A DNA stretch of 64,000 nt. Source: Mobula hypostoma. Lineage: Eukaryota. The position numbers were made by a program, and so were the translations under genes. The notes below the pieces were generated by a model that was not told the DNA's origin, did no database searches, and worked only from the letters and a program-made list of their open reading frames with translations. Below, piece after piece: positions 1 to 11,900 of the stretch; position 1 is the stretch's first letter, and every line of letters begins with the position of its first letter. The stretch is from the NCBI RefSeq assembly GCF_963921235.1, contig NC_086097.1, forward strand, positions 93,498,001-93,562,000. Direction: 5' to 3'.

Positions 1-1895
1 CATGTCGGTCTCAAGTTCAGTTACTTGATAATACACACGCATTATGAATGTGCTTGCTTCTAATGACCATTTTATGTTTGTCTTAATGACTGGAGTGCTC
101 TCAGTTGTAAGTGGACTGCTCCCCCTTGCAACAGTCACAGCCTGTGATGTTGGCAGGCTACTTTGAATGTTGCCTGTATCCTTTTCAGGTTTCCTGGTGC
201 CCGTCCGCCTATTCAGCAGTGTACCACGCACAATTCACTTACTCTCATGTTCAGTGTTAGCTCCAGCTGTGCCCTGGCGATCCCCTGACAGTTACTTTAT
301 CACTCTATTCCATCGACATCACTCCTTTTCTAAAGCAAAAGGATATTGCTTATTATACCTACAGGCAGGTTTTGGTTTCAGCCACCCCTACAGTGGAGAA
401 CAGATGCTGACCAGAGCACTTCCCAATCTGGGTCCAGACATACCTGGATTTGTTTCTGGGTGCAGTTGATTTTACACCAATGGATGTCCTCTCCCCGCAC
501 TTTAAGGCCCAGCATCCCAGACCTGTCACACAGATCTCAAGACGGAGTTCTGGCTCCTCACCTGTCCTCCTTGTTCATGCAGCTGAGCGGCTCTTCGTCT
601 GAAGAGTTCTCCAGACTCTGCCTCCTGTTTCCAGAAGTTGGTGCTGCTACCTCATCCCATTTGTGCTGCTGCTGCTGTTGTTGCTTTTGCTACTGGCCAC
701 CTCTGGTTTCAGTCCTTGGCTAGTGCACCGTCCTTTTTTTTATTATTATTATGATTACTATTTATTTTCTCAGCTTAAGCTGGTAAAGCCTGAGGTGCGG
801 CATAGCCAAGGACACTCATTTCTCAATTGCTAGGAAGTTTCAGACTATTCTAGTGGTGTTTAGTATTGTGGCTTTCTGAAGGTTTACATAGGTATTACTG
901 TGTAGCGCCAATTGTTGAATGCTATTGTGTAGTGCATTTGGGATGACAATATTACTATCAGAATAATTATACCTTGTTCATGTTCCAAAGTCTTTCAATT
1001 TCCTCTTTTAAATAAATAGTAATTTAATTATTACTATTAATATTATTATTATTATTTCTTTTTATTTTTGTTCTTGCACACTGGTTGAATGCCCAACGTG
1101 GTACAGTCTTTCATTGATTCTATTATGCTTATTATTCCATTATGGATTTATTGAGTATGCCCACAAGAAAATAAATCTCAGGGTTGTATATGTAATAATA
1201 TGGGACCAGCTCTTTGGTACGCAATGTTGTGCCGAACCAAATAAATTAGTAATCAAAGAGCCAACTAAACTAATCCCTTATGCCTACACATCTCCATATC
1301 CCTCCATGTTCCTCACATTCATGTGCTTATCTAAATGTCTCTTAAAATTAAAAGTCCCTAATGTATCTGCCTTTTCCACCACCCCAGGCACTCTCCACTC
1401 TTTAAAAAAATAAATTGCCTCTCACATCTCCTTTGACATTACCCCCTCTCTTCTTAAATGAATGTCCTCTGGTATTAGACATTTCAACCCTGGGATGATG
1501 ATACTGTCTGTCTACTCTTACCTATTCCTCTCCTAATCTTGTACACCATTAGGTATTTTATATAGACTCTTAATTAATAAATTTAATATTACATTTTATT
1601 GGCTTTTAATTCAAGTTATTAACTCATAAGAAATCAAAGCTAAACCTTTCTTGTCAACTAGTGTACATTCCATTCCAAAAAAGCCTCTCCTTTCTCTTGG
1701 GTCTCCACTGATGCTCCTTTCACATCTAATCATTTGTTCTATTCTCACTGTTGAGCATCTGGGTCTGTGACAAAGATAGATGCAGATAACTATACAGAAG
1801 CAGATAACTGCACAAGCATGATATGTAACTTCCTCACTTACAATCTGAGATATGATTTATTTCATATTTTCTCTTTTCTATTTTCATACTCCTAG

Positions 1896-2992
1896 GCTCA
1901 GTGAGTGGAATCTGCTTACCTACCCCTTCACAATCTTCTTCAGCTTTACCTCCCATTCTGCATCCTGTATCAGGAATACCAACAAGAGGAAGGCCATGCT
2001 CTATTCCTGTTAAAAAATATATTCGTGTCCCATTGAAGCAGATCTCTGCTACTCAGTCCATTTCCCCAACTGTATTGGAGGTTCCGGTAGTGAGTACATC
2101 ACAGGCAAAGTTTATAACTGTTAATGACCTTGGTCAAACTATCAATCCAAGGCACCTTGTTCCCCTTCAGCCAATGGGACTTGCTCTATTGCAGCTGCCT
2201 CCAGGGCAGAAAAATGTGCCAAGTGCCATTATAACCACTGAATGGCCATTGAAGTTTGTGAATCCACCATCTAATTCGCAGTCACCTAAAAAAGCAGATT
2301 CCAAGATGGCCAACCAGGATGGCAATTTGGAAGAACAGTTGATTGAACCTGAGGAGATTCATGTTGCAGACTCTGACCTTATTGAAACAACGGTGTCTGA
2401 ATGTGTACCAGACGAGGACAATGGGAATGCCTACCCACTGACAGAAGTTAAACAGGGGACTGAGTGTGATGTACTTCCTTCGACACCTTCAGTCAGTGAG
2501 GTGGATGATGAGTTGGAAGATGATTCTACAGACCATCAAAATGCATTAGAACACATTATCCCAGCAGAGTTGGTTGACCATTCATATACTAGTGAAAAGC
2601 AGATTATGGAAGAAGGTAGAAATGAAAACTCTTTACTGGAGAATTCTATAACAACTGAAAAAGGAAGTGTTGATAAAGATACTTCAGAATCTTGCCATGA
2701 AGTGGTTGATAACGAGCCAGATGAAAGAGCCAACTGGGAGGAGAAAAATGGGGTGCAAGATGAACAAATGGAAGTGGAGACAGAAGAAAAGGAAAGTTGG
2801 TATGAAACAGCTCCATTTAAAGGGGAAGAGGATACCCTAAAAGATGAAGAAAATGATGAAATAAACTTTGATCCAACTTTGCTGCAATATGCCGACATTC
2901 ATACAGAATCTGATAAAGATACAGACTCTCAGAGTGACCTGGAGGATGGTGACATTCAAACTGACGCAGAGGAAATTGATGTTGAGAAAATG
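1896..2992 (+). CDS. MGA: MGA large internal exon (Pro/Ser-rich then acidic region)
   Basis: Pyrimidine tract plus CCTAG acceptor (AG 1894-1895); open frame of ORF 1901..3085; donor ATG|GTAAGT at 2992/2993; phase 1 in, phase 0 out. Confidence 0.9.
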
Positions 2993-5900
2993 GTAAGTGG
3001 CTTCACTTGTTTGTTCTTGAATAACCAACTTTGGTACTTTGTAGATTGTGCTTTATTTGAGTACCATTGCCAGTATGCTCAATAGTACAAAGACTGCCTT
3101 GCTTGCAACATTATCTCTATTTTACTTTCTTTTTTTGGGTTAAGTTTGGATCCATTTGATTGAGAAAAATCTGGTTTACTGCTTTAACCCATCACCCAGA
3201 AAGAACCATCAGGTTAACTAAATGGTAACAGAAAGCTGACCTATCAACTATCTCTATGTAGTATATGGTAACATATACATACTTTAATAATATATTTACT
3301 TTGCACTGTTATATGCTAATTGTAATAAAGGAATGTAAATAAAAAAATTAAAGTTCAATGCACCCAGTCCTCCATTTGGATTCTGCAGATAGTGCTTTCA
3401 AATGTGGATTTTCCTGTTTCTTCCAGTTGGAAGTAATCTTTCTCACAAGGCTTTCTTGTGGTTCTAAGTGCCATCATATTAAACATTTTATACCAAGCAC
3501 TTGTCCTTCCACTGATTGCCAAATCAGTTTTGTCCAGTGTCTAGATGGGATCTACCTTAGCATAGTTGAACTGTTGCATCACATGTTTGCCACTACAACT
3601 TTGAATCCTTAGTTTCTAAAGTTGGGATTCTCATTCAGAACAACTGTCATGTGGGAGTCAAAAAGAAGATATTGAAATTCCTAATTGGGTCCAATTTCAA
3701 TGCACTAATTGTTTTAACCTAAGATAATCCATTCTGTTATGTAAAACAAAGGGTTATTTAAGCACCATTATTTTGTTAATACAAAGTAACATTTCAGTGA
3801 TATATTTTACACATGGAAGTTTAAAGGACAGGAACTCCTGATTAAAATTGAATGCTATGTGATACTTTGCTGTCACAGTTCCTCCATAGAAAGGAACAAA
3901 GAATATAGTGCAGACTCATGTTTTTTTTTCTTTCTTTTCATCCCTGAAGAGCAAGACATAACAAGTTCGGATTCACACCAATTTAGTCCCAATTTGCGGG
4001 GTCATTGACAGGCAGGTCTTTAAATTACTTTACTTCTTTGGATGGTCCCAAAGACAGGTTTCTGTACACTGGCACCTGCAGCAGTTGAATGTTCCCAATT
4101 TTGCTTAACCAGAGTTGTGTTCACTTCTCGCTCTTTTCAGTGGAAACCATGGTTCCTACAGCAACCAAGTGATCCTCCCCAGTAGATACACCAACGATGA
4201 GTTCAAAGAGTTTTGATGATATTCCCTCACATCCATCCATCTGATTGTAAAGGATCAATGTGTTTCTAATTCACCTACTGTAATGATTTGTCTCACACTT
4301 TCTCCAGTGATCTACAGTTCACCCTGAGATTTTTAATGAGTACTGTTTGTGCATTTCTTGATTGAGTGAATCCTCTCACTGCTGATGATACGGCAGAAGC
4401 CACTTCCAAGCAACTTTTTGTATGATGGCTCCAGCAGTCTTTGGCATCCCTGTCACACTGTATCTCTTAGCACTTCTTTCAAATAGAGAATATCCGAGTC
4501 ACTCTCAAAATCCACATCTTCTCTCCCTCTCTCCTATTAACTCTCCTCCATTGCAATCATAGTGCATATTATAGCAATAGCCTACCATGGGGAGTGTGCC
4601 ATTTAATGCTGATGCCCTTCTAAATCTAGTGTGGAGTAAGTTGCCTACAATTAGTGTAGTCGCTCCAGAGTTGTGCATGTCTTGTAATAGCACATCTTCT
4701 AAATTTAAATTACCATGAAGCCATCTGAAGCATTCCTAAGACCAATTTTCTAACTCATTGTGGGAATGTTGATAAAGTACAAAATGCAACAATGATCTAG
4801 CTTGCAAGAAAAGGGCAATATCCAATTTCTAGGCACATGGCAAATGCAAAATAGTGTCATGGATTTCAAATGTATTCTTAATTCCTCTGAGTATAATGAG
4901 GGCTGAGACTGAGGGTGCCAGGCTGTTTTTCCACAAAAAAAATTGTAATGTTTTGGACAATTTGTAAAGGGTTAGTAGTATTACTTGTTTTTTTTTTACT
5001 AACCTTTAAAAATGTTTTCACAGTTTGATTCAACTTCCAGTGAAGAGGCAGTGGACATTGAGACTGTGGAGGAACTCTCCGAGAAAATCAACATTGCTCG
5101 CCTTATTGCTTCTGCCTCCCACCATCATAAAAGGAAAACAAAGTATTGTGATTTCTTAGAAATTTTAAATACCAGAATTTGGTTAATATAACCAGTAAAG
5201 TTACAGATTTCATGTCTTGATGTATTATTTATAGATTGATACATGATGTAAATATGCCTATTGAGATGATTTCTCCTTTGTAGATGGTTCAAGGACCATA
5301 GAATACAGATCTAAAATTTTGACAGAAGTTGTGAAGAGTGAGGTGAGGAATGTCTGTTTTAGGCAGGAAGGTAGTTTTGAAAGGAACTTGCTGTGAGAGC
5401 TATTGAACAGAAATTAGATAAGCACAAGTGACAATAGTTTGCAGCTAATAGAAAACTGAGGGCTGCCAAGATAGTTTTCCAACTAGCAGGACTTTCTTCC
5501 TGAACTATACAAGTTCTGTGATTTTCATTTTGCAGTCTTGGTATCAGTGTTGGGGGGCTGTGGGATCTGGGAGAAAGTGAGTTAAGTAGCCGAACAAATG
5601 CATGAGATATCTTGGGCAGTATACTAATATGTGTAAAACTGGGCATATGACTTAGTAAAGTTATGATTGGAATACATTTTCATGGTGTGTTAAGGATTTA
5701 ATGAACAAGGGATGTTTCGATTACAGTAGATCTCCGAGTGGTTGAGATGATGAATGTTTTGTAACATGGACTCTATATCTCCCTCAAGTGGCTTATTGCA
5801 AGGTGGTTATTTGGAACAGATGTGTAACACTTCGTTTTAATTTAATTAGATTTATTTAAAGATAAGTGAACTTTATAATGTAGATCTTCAGATTGCTTTT

Positions 5901-8900
5901 AGTAACTGATTTAACATTCCCGTATGTCGCTGTACCTTGAGTCTCTATGGAACCTGCAACTTGGTTAACTCAAATAGGGGGTGAAATACAGAAGCCTTTT
6001 TACTTCTCTGTTTTTGGTAAGATTGAATTATTGCGGACTTTTCCAAACATATATTGATGAAATTATTCAAAGGTCTAACTAACTAGGCGTGTGTTAAAGT
6101 GTTCAGATTTGTCTTCATATTTCATCTGATGACTGTAAGATGGCAACGTGCTCGGACACAAGCCACTCTAGCTCCAAACAAAGGTGTAATTATTCATTGC
6201 TTCCGCCTTTTTTACAATCACTGCTGGTTATCAAGTACTGCAGGTCTGCCCCATCGGCAAGTTGCTCAATAGTGATAGGGCTGGACTTACTACATACTGT
6301 TGTTGTCTGCCTTTGTCGTACCAAGGCAGTGGGCAGTCCAAAAAAATGTTCGAGTGACTGTTTTGGACTTTGGTAAATTAGAGTCTGAAAGTCTGGTTCA
6401 TTGGTGAAACCAACAGTGGGGGAGCTGCGTTGCCTTGGTTGTGATGAGGACTAGGCCCTCAGGCCACAGGGCTGCCTGTGCAGCCGCCCAGGTGAGGAGG
6501 CGTCGAGGCAGTGTGGGATAGAGCAGAGGCCTCAGTGGGCTGGAGTCCGACTGGCTCTTCCCACTGGTGCTCCTCTCCAGTGTTCGTTTCTGGGCCAGGA
6601 CAATATCCCATGCACCATCATTCTTCAGCCCCTGCCATCTCAGGGCCATAATCATGTGTGCTATGTGCTGTGTACTGTTGGTAGTGTGCTCTGTACCTTG
6701 GCCCAGGCAGAATGCTTTTTCATTTGGCTTGATTGAATGATAATTAAACTTTTTTCTTGCAGATGCCATTTCCACAACCCATACCTTACAAGAAAATCCG
6801 AAGAGGAGTACACCAAGCCCAAGCTAGTAAGTTGCCATTAGCAGGAGTGCTTTGAATGAGCAGAGGGTTTGATGTCCTTAGATGGAAAGCAACATATGTA
6901 AATAGAATGCATTTGTAGTGTTGTTAGGAGGGTGAACTTATATTCCATCATTTGGACTGCCGAAAGTTGAAGGAAAATCTGCAACTGTACTTGCTGAAGT
7001 TTAGAAAAATGGGGGGAGGGGTCTTGTTGAAATCGATCAAATATTGAAAGGTTTGAATAGAGTGGATGTTGGAAGGATGTTTTCTATAGTGGGTGAGTCT
7101 AGAACCAGAGGGCAAAGCCTCAGAATAGAGGGATGTCCATTCAGAAAAGAGATGAGGAGGAATTTCTTTAGCCAAAGGGCAGTGAATCTGTGGAATTCAT
7201 TGCCACAGGCAGATGTGGAGGCCAAGTCATTGAGTATTTTTAAAGCTGAGATTGGTGAGTTCTTGAGTAGTCGGGGCGTCAATGGTTAAAGAGAGAAAGT
7301 AAGAGAATAGGGTTGAGAGGAATAATAAATCAGCCACAGTGGAATGGTGGAGCAGACTCAATGGGTTGAATGACCTAATTCTGCTTTTACAGTACTGTGC
7401 AAAAGTCTTAGCATATATATAGCCAAGTTGTCTAAGACTTTTGCACAGTTACTGATTTGTCAACATGGAGCAGAGGGAGTTTGTAAATCTGGCAGAAACA
7501 AAGATGTTGTGAATGGCGAGGGTGAAGTGCCACAGGAATAGTGTGGGACAGATGGCACAGAAAGAGTGCCGGGGTGGAGGGTGGTAGACACACCCAGCCC
7601 TGAGACACAAGGCTACTACTACTACTACTACTACGTTGAATCAGGCCTAGGGGGCCGGCGTTGGGCACGAGACACAAGGCAGGGTTATTTAATTCCAAAC
7701 AACTGATTTATTGATCGTTACAGAATATCTCTCTGGTGCTTCCTGCTCCCTTCCCTTCTCCTTTCCCCTTTTCCTAACCTTAATTCTGCTCTCCCTGCCT
7801 TCTTCCTAATTTCAGTCCACAATATCAGAATCAGGTTTATCATCACTCAAATATGTCATGAAATTTGTTTTTGTTTTCTGTACCCTTTTTAACTTATAAC
7901 AGGTTTTATTGTCATAACTTTTTGCAGTATAGGGGAACATGAGCAGGTGTAGGCCTTTTGGCTCCTTCAGCTTGTCCCAATCGTTCCTAATCTGTAGCAG
8001 ACCTCAGCCTCTCTTCTGCGCCAGTTCCCTATCATCCTCAATTTCCCGCACTTAAAAAATAATATTGGCTTGCACTTTAATTTCCCCCCAATAATCCAGT
8101 CTTCATAAACCTCTGGGGCAGAGAATTCTAATAATTCATCATCCTCTGGAAGAAGTTCTGACCCACCATCCTCTAATCTTGTATTTTTGACCCCTTGTTT
8201 GAAATTCTCTCATGAGTAGAAATGTCTCAATCTGCCCTCTTACAGAAATACAAAAGACTGAATGCAGAGCCAAAAAAAGCAAGAATTCAGCTGGTTAAAT
8301 GGCATCTGTGAAGGCAAAGGGATGGTCACCATTTCTGGTCAAGACATTTCCACAAATACCATTTTGACCTGCTGAGTTCTTCAGCAGTTTGTTTTATTTA
8401 TCCTATCATATTCTTTAGTATCTCGCATATTTTAATAAAATCACCCTCCATTCTTCTAAACTTAAGAGACTATATATCTAATTTTTGGAGCCGTTCATGA
8501 TAGCATAACACGCTCATCCTAGGAATTAGCCTAATGAATACTAACAAAATTTTGTGTGTTTTGATTTGTCTTGTTCTAATAACTAGTTGATAATTTCTGC
8601 ATTTTTTTTTTAATTGTTAAACTATAACCATTTCTTGCTCCTTTAGAAATCCAGTGCTCATATCAGTAAGAAAGCCAAAGCTCAGCTGGATGCCCTGGTA
8701 TTATATCGAACTACACACACAGTCAACGAGCGGCGGAGGCGTTCTAAAATTCGAGACCTCTTTGAAAGGCTGAAGAAAGTGTTGGGACTTCGTAGGGAGG
8801 ACAGGGCTTCAAAATACTTAATCCTGAAAAAGGTTTATGAAAATATTTGATGACTTGAAAATACTCCTCTCACCACTGGTTTAGGAAGTATCAATCTGTC

Positions 8901-11900
8901 TGCTTTAACAATAATTGGCCTTTTTATTTTGGTTTCACACTGAACACATAGCATAGTCCATATAACAATTGGGTCATGTAGAGGACATTTATTAAGTTTG
9001 AGATGTGAATGTTCAAGTTCAATGATGTATGATGTAATTAAGCTGTAACTTTGAATTAGTTGTTAGTTACCTTTTGTGGAGACTTCATTTATCCATATTC
9101 CTGTATTGAAATTAAAATGGTTAAAAATGAGTTTCAGTTGATAAGGTCTTAACATGCAGCATATTCTAGTCCTCAGTTTACTCATTAAATAGAGAGAGAT
9201 TTATCTGTTCAAATTGGACTGCTTTGTGTAATGCACATTGGTGGACAATTCCATATTTGAGTGAGTGAGGCCTCCGTCAGTTAGGGTCGACCATGGATGT
9301 TGCATCCTAGCTGTCTAGAAACGCAAGCATGGGCAGTATGATATGGAGAACAAGCTATTGCCCATGTAGCAAGCTCCCGCTCTCCACGCATCTGAACCCA
9401 AAGGAACGGCAGAGACTGATACAGTTTGGCACCAGCATTGTCACAGGAGTTGCCAGTCAGCGTTGAACTCAATATGGGACTGCCTTAGGGATTCCAACAC
9501 CAGATTTTTCCACTGGGGTTTACTCCCAAAGCCTTCCCCATGAGTGGGTATAGCCGCAAGGCAGTGGAGATTTGAGATCAGAGTTTTGCTTCTAGTTGAG
9601 CTGCCAACCATGGCTGATAACCTCCATCTGCCCGAAGCAACTGGTTTTAAGGCACCGATAGCCTGTCTTTGCCCCTTGTCCTGTCAGTAGAAATGATTCC
9701 ACTTGGTTTAGTAGCCAAGCCACATATGAAGGCCAAGAGTTCAACTTGGTTGTCAGAGCTTTTTGAGGCACACCTCATTGGAAGCACCCAATAAGTAATT
9801 GAAGCTTATCCCCACTACCACCTCCATCTATAACTACTTTAAGAAGCAAATTCCATATTTATTTATTGGAATACAGCATGGAACAGGCCCTTCTGACGCT
9901 TCAAGCTATGCTGCCCAGCAGTTCTGCAATTTAATGCTAGCCTAATCACAGGACAATGTACAATGACCAATTAAACTACCAACTGGTACTTTGGACTGTG
10001 GGAAGCCTGTGGTCACGGGGAGAACGTACAAACTCCTTACAGGCAGTGGCAGAAATTGAACTTGGATTGCCTATACTGTAAAGTGTTGTACTAACTATTA
10101 CGCTAACATGTTGCCCAATTTGCCTGTAATTTGCATCAGAGGAGTAGTGTTTGGTCTGGCATTAAAATTAATGCCAGTTACTGAGCAGTGGAGGTATTGA
10201 GTTGCAAGACATTTTTGAAATTTTGAAGAGAATATTGGTATTCACAGGGAATAAAGAATTGTAAGTACTTTGAAACAAGTTTGTAAAGATACTTGAAGTG
10301 CCAGAATGGCTGTATTGTTCAGAATATTTCGTGACTGTTAAGTTTCTCTACTTTTGTAGGCATTTTCAGAAATCCAGAATGCGCAGGATTATTCTGATTG
10401 CTTGTCAGCTGAGAAAAGTATCCAAACTCGCAGAAGGGATTCACTTATTCGAAAAGTCTCTCAACTGACAGGTAAGGACAGTATGCTGCTTTCAGCTCTT
10501 TATAAATTATTCAACCCCCAAAAAAAGCTGTAGCTCCCATCATAGATGATGAAATTCCTTTCCTGTAAGGCTAGAGGAAAGTTTCTGTAAATCATTTGTA
10601 ACATTCATATGTTGTACAGTTTCTAAGAAGCATACAGCCAACTTTATTAGCTAGAGTACTGAGCTATTGATGGTTACTGCTAGATGCATAATAACTTAAT
10701 TACAGAATTATTCATTGTACTTAATGATATTAGTATTATATCTATATTCCATGATATAAGACTAGAATGTTAATTGTGCCTTGATGTTTGAATAGTCTGT
10801 TTACCTTTTTGTCCAGAAGAGTGACTTTTCAGTAAAAGGAACTTGTTATCTGTACATAGTCTACTGTTAAAACTGTATTATGAGTTAGCTTATACACCAC
10901 TGGGGGACACTATAATCTAATACTAACATTGTGACCTATTACATTTGGTGTTGTTATTTCTATTCTGTTCTAGCAGAGTTCATGGACGTCATGACCACAT
11001 TAATATTTTAAGTTTGTTTTTTTTACACAAAATTGTGCAGAGGGTTAGGGCAATTACAGAGAAATATTTTGTTTATAAAAAGTAATAATTCATTAGAAAA
11101 AATACATTGAAAATAAACATACTAGTTCAAGATTCAGAGTCGAAAAGCAGGGAAACAAGTCCAATGGTCCAGTACGTCCATGCTGACCATCAAGTACCCC
11201 GATCTACATCTACCGCAATCTTCCTCATTATAATCAAATACCCCTCCCCTCCCTAATTTGTCTGCCATCCCCTACCCGCCACCTGCACACTAGACACAAT
11301 TTAAAGTAGCCATTTAACCTGTCACTTCGGCACATCTTTGGCATAAAGGAGGAAACATGCACATGGGGGAAGCCCTTACAAATACAAGGGGTAATATACA
11401 AATTCCACAGAGACAGCATCAGAGGTCAAAATTGACTCTAGGTATCTGGAAGTGCATGTTATTTTGATTCAGCCCTGACTCCAATGCAAATTGGTGGAAT
11501 TAAGATCATTTGTGCAATTATAGTTTGAAAATTTAGCCCTTGAAGTTCAAAATAATATTCTGGTACCCTAATTCAGGGGACCTTTATTAGCATACAGTAT
11601 AGTACTGGGTGGCCATTCAGCCCACGTTTCGTGCTAATCTTGATGTCAGTTTATACCAAATGTCCTTCTCCTGTGTTTCTTCCATATCCCTCTATTCCCT
11701 TCATATTAATGTGTCTATCGAAAAGCCTCTTAAACGCCAGCAAGCTGCCTGCTTCCACTGTTATCTCCAGTAAACTTATCCAGGCACCTACATGTCTGTG
11801 TTTAAAAACAATGCTTGCCCCTCATGATGCCTTTAAATTCCCCACCTCTAACCTTAAAACAATGTCCTCTGGTATTTGACATTTCTGCCTGGAGAGAAGA

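Noticed and set aside
167..723. ORFs 167..469 and 346..723 as a further MGA exon
   Set aside because: A plausible acceptor exists at ~188, but no frame gives MGA-like sequence or a convincing donor.
1901..3085. ORFs 1901..3085 and 19422..20816 as stand-alone genes
   Set aside because: Their starts are not ATG initiators and their true limits are splice sites; both are MGA exons.
9825..9848. Resemblance of TTCTTAAAGTAGTT to the 28S rRNA R2 target site
   Set aside because: Too short and mismatched to support rRNA origin.
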